Positions 63,119 through 64,000 of a DNA stretch of 64,000 bases are shown piece after piece. The notes beneath the pieces were generated by a model. The model did no database searches and was not told the DNA's origin. It worked only from the letters and a program-made list of their open reading frames with translations. The DNA lies in the IMG/VR virus record IMGVR_UViG_3300005466_000029, positions 1,628 through 65,627 of that record, one strand, 5' to 3'. A program made the translations under genes and the position numbers. Numbering within the stretch: position 1 is the stretch's first letter; each line of letters opens with the position of its first letter. The DNA is from a virus (lineage: Duplodnaviria; Caudoviricetes).

Positions 63119-63465
63119 CAGGCACTCCTAGTTGCCCGTACGATCTTCGTGGACTGCGGCGCAGGCGTGGCGGCAACTTCTCCGCCGTCCATGTCCCCGT
63201 ACAGCTTGGCCATGGTGATCGCGTGTTCGAACATCTGCTGCAGATCCCGGCTGGAGCCAGACTCGCTGATGCGCACCAGCTCCACATACCGAGCCGCCTT
63301 GATCCCCCACCCCGCGTTCGCCGCCTTGTTCAGATTGTACGTTCCGTCTTGGTTGAGATTGCCGCTGGCCAGCAGCTCCAGTGCGGTGTCGTTCCAGCCC
63401 TCCGCGTCGTCCAGCTCATCGATCATCTTGCGCAGTTGAGCCAACTGATCAGCCGTGAGCGCCAT
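63118..63465 (-). CDS. head-to-tail adaptor
   Basis: LRKMI...A..W..KAA...ISESGSSR. Confidence 0.7.
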   Translation of the reverse strand: MALTADQLAQLRKMIDELDDAEGWNDTALELLASGNLNQDGTYNLNKAANAGWGIKAARYVELVRISESGSSRDLQQMFEHAITMAKLYGDMDGGEVAATPAPQSTKIVRATRSA

Positions 63466-63487
63466 CGAGCTTTCTCCTTATGTAGAC

Positions 63488-63530
63488 CGAGAGGGCGTCA
63501 GCCCCGCACACCCACGCTGACGCCCTCTCG
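63488..63530 (-). terminator. hairpin, probable terminator of the capsid transcript
   Basis: CGAGAGGGCGTCAGC...GCTGACGCCCTCTCG 15-bp stem. Confidence 0.6.
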
Positions 63531-63538
63531 GAGCTCAC

Positions 63539-64000
63539 CTACTCGTCGATGTCCGCCTGCGCAGCGTCGTCGTCGACGAGCTTCTTCACGAGGTCCGGCT
63601 TGCGGTCGTCGTTGGTGTAGCTGACTTCCGCTGCCGCATCCGCGTCCGGGTCCTCGCCCGCCATGTACTCGGCGCGACGCTTGTCGAGCTCCTCCTTGAG
63701 CTGCGGGACGGTCATGCCGTTGTACCGCTGCTCCTCCGAGGACTGGCTGGCGGGCTGCTGCGGCGCCTGCTGGCCACCGCCGCTCACTGGCTCGCCCTGA
63801 TCCTCCTCGCCACTGCTCTCAACGGAAACGCCCAGCTGCTCGGCGATCCGCTCGAAGCCGTCCGTGACGATCCTGCTCCGCGGCGTCTGCGCGCGCAGGC
63901 TGCGGGCCGAGGGGAGGCGGGGCTCGTCGATGCCCTGGTTGTCCGCGTAGGTGCGGATGTCGTCCCAGCGGTTGCGGTCGACCAGGTAGCGCAGGTCGTC
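63539..64000 (-). CDS. partial head-region protein with SAP/HeH-like C-terminus
   Basis: frame open to the window edge; MTVPQLKEEL...KPDLVKKL. Confidence 0.65.
   Translation of the reverse strand, partial: DDLRYLVDRNRWDDIRTYADNQGIDEPRLPSARSLRAQTPRSRIVTDGFERIAEQLGVSVESSGEEDQGEPVSGGGQQAPQQPASQSSEEQRYNGMTVPQLKEELDKRRAEYMAGEDPDADAAAEVSYTNDDRKPDLVKKLVDDDAAQADIDE

Noticed and set aside
103-63624. Many long plus-strand ORFs (e.g. 27504-29543, 3216-4658, 60144-61709)
   Set aside because: They are antisense shadows of well-supported minus-strand genes in high-GC DNA and show no recognisable motifs

Overview
The window is nearly a whole genome of a tailed, siphovirus-type phage of a high-GC actinomycete. 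Every credible gene is on the minus strand. Read in transcription direction (high to low coordinates), the order is: head-completion and fibre genes including a sialidase-like beta-propeller; tail genes (major tail with Fn3, frameshifted chaperones, tape measure, minor tails); lysis cassette (membrane proteins, collagen-like protein, GH25 endolysin, holin); an early region of small ORFs behind repeated promoters; recombination and replication genes (SNF2 helicase, Cas4-like nuclease, Sak4-like ATPase, SSB, primase-MCM helicase fusion, DnaE); a large nucleotide-metabolism block; RuvC; terminase, JAB protease, portal, MuF-ADP-ribosyltransferase and scaffold. The major capsid gene is not in the window. 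The genes cut at both edges suggest it lies in the gap of a circularly permuted genome. No integrase, tRNA or CRISPR array was seen. The best leads are: (1) a candidate new DNA base-modification pathway built on a degenerate ThyX plus SDR, VOC-fold, FAD-oxidoreductase, HAD, HD and MazG/Nmad1-like genes; (2) a repeated CGTAACG-N16/17-GATA promoter paired with an AGGCAGC start-associated motif; (3) a MuF-ART toxin with a tiny unannotated downstream ORF; (4) a stand-alone JAB protease between terminase and portal; (5) a probable +1 UUU_CG frameshift in the tail chaperone. All protein calls come from motifs read by eye; no database searches were run. Many starts were moved downstream of the ORF-track start using RBS and stop/start overlaps.
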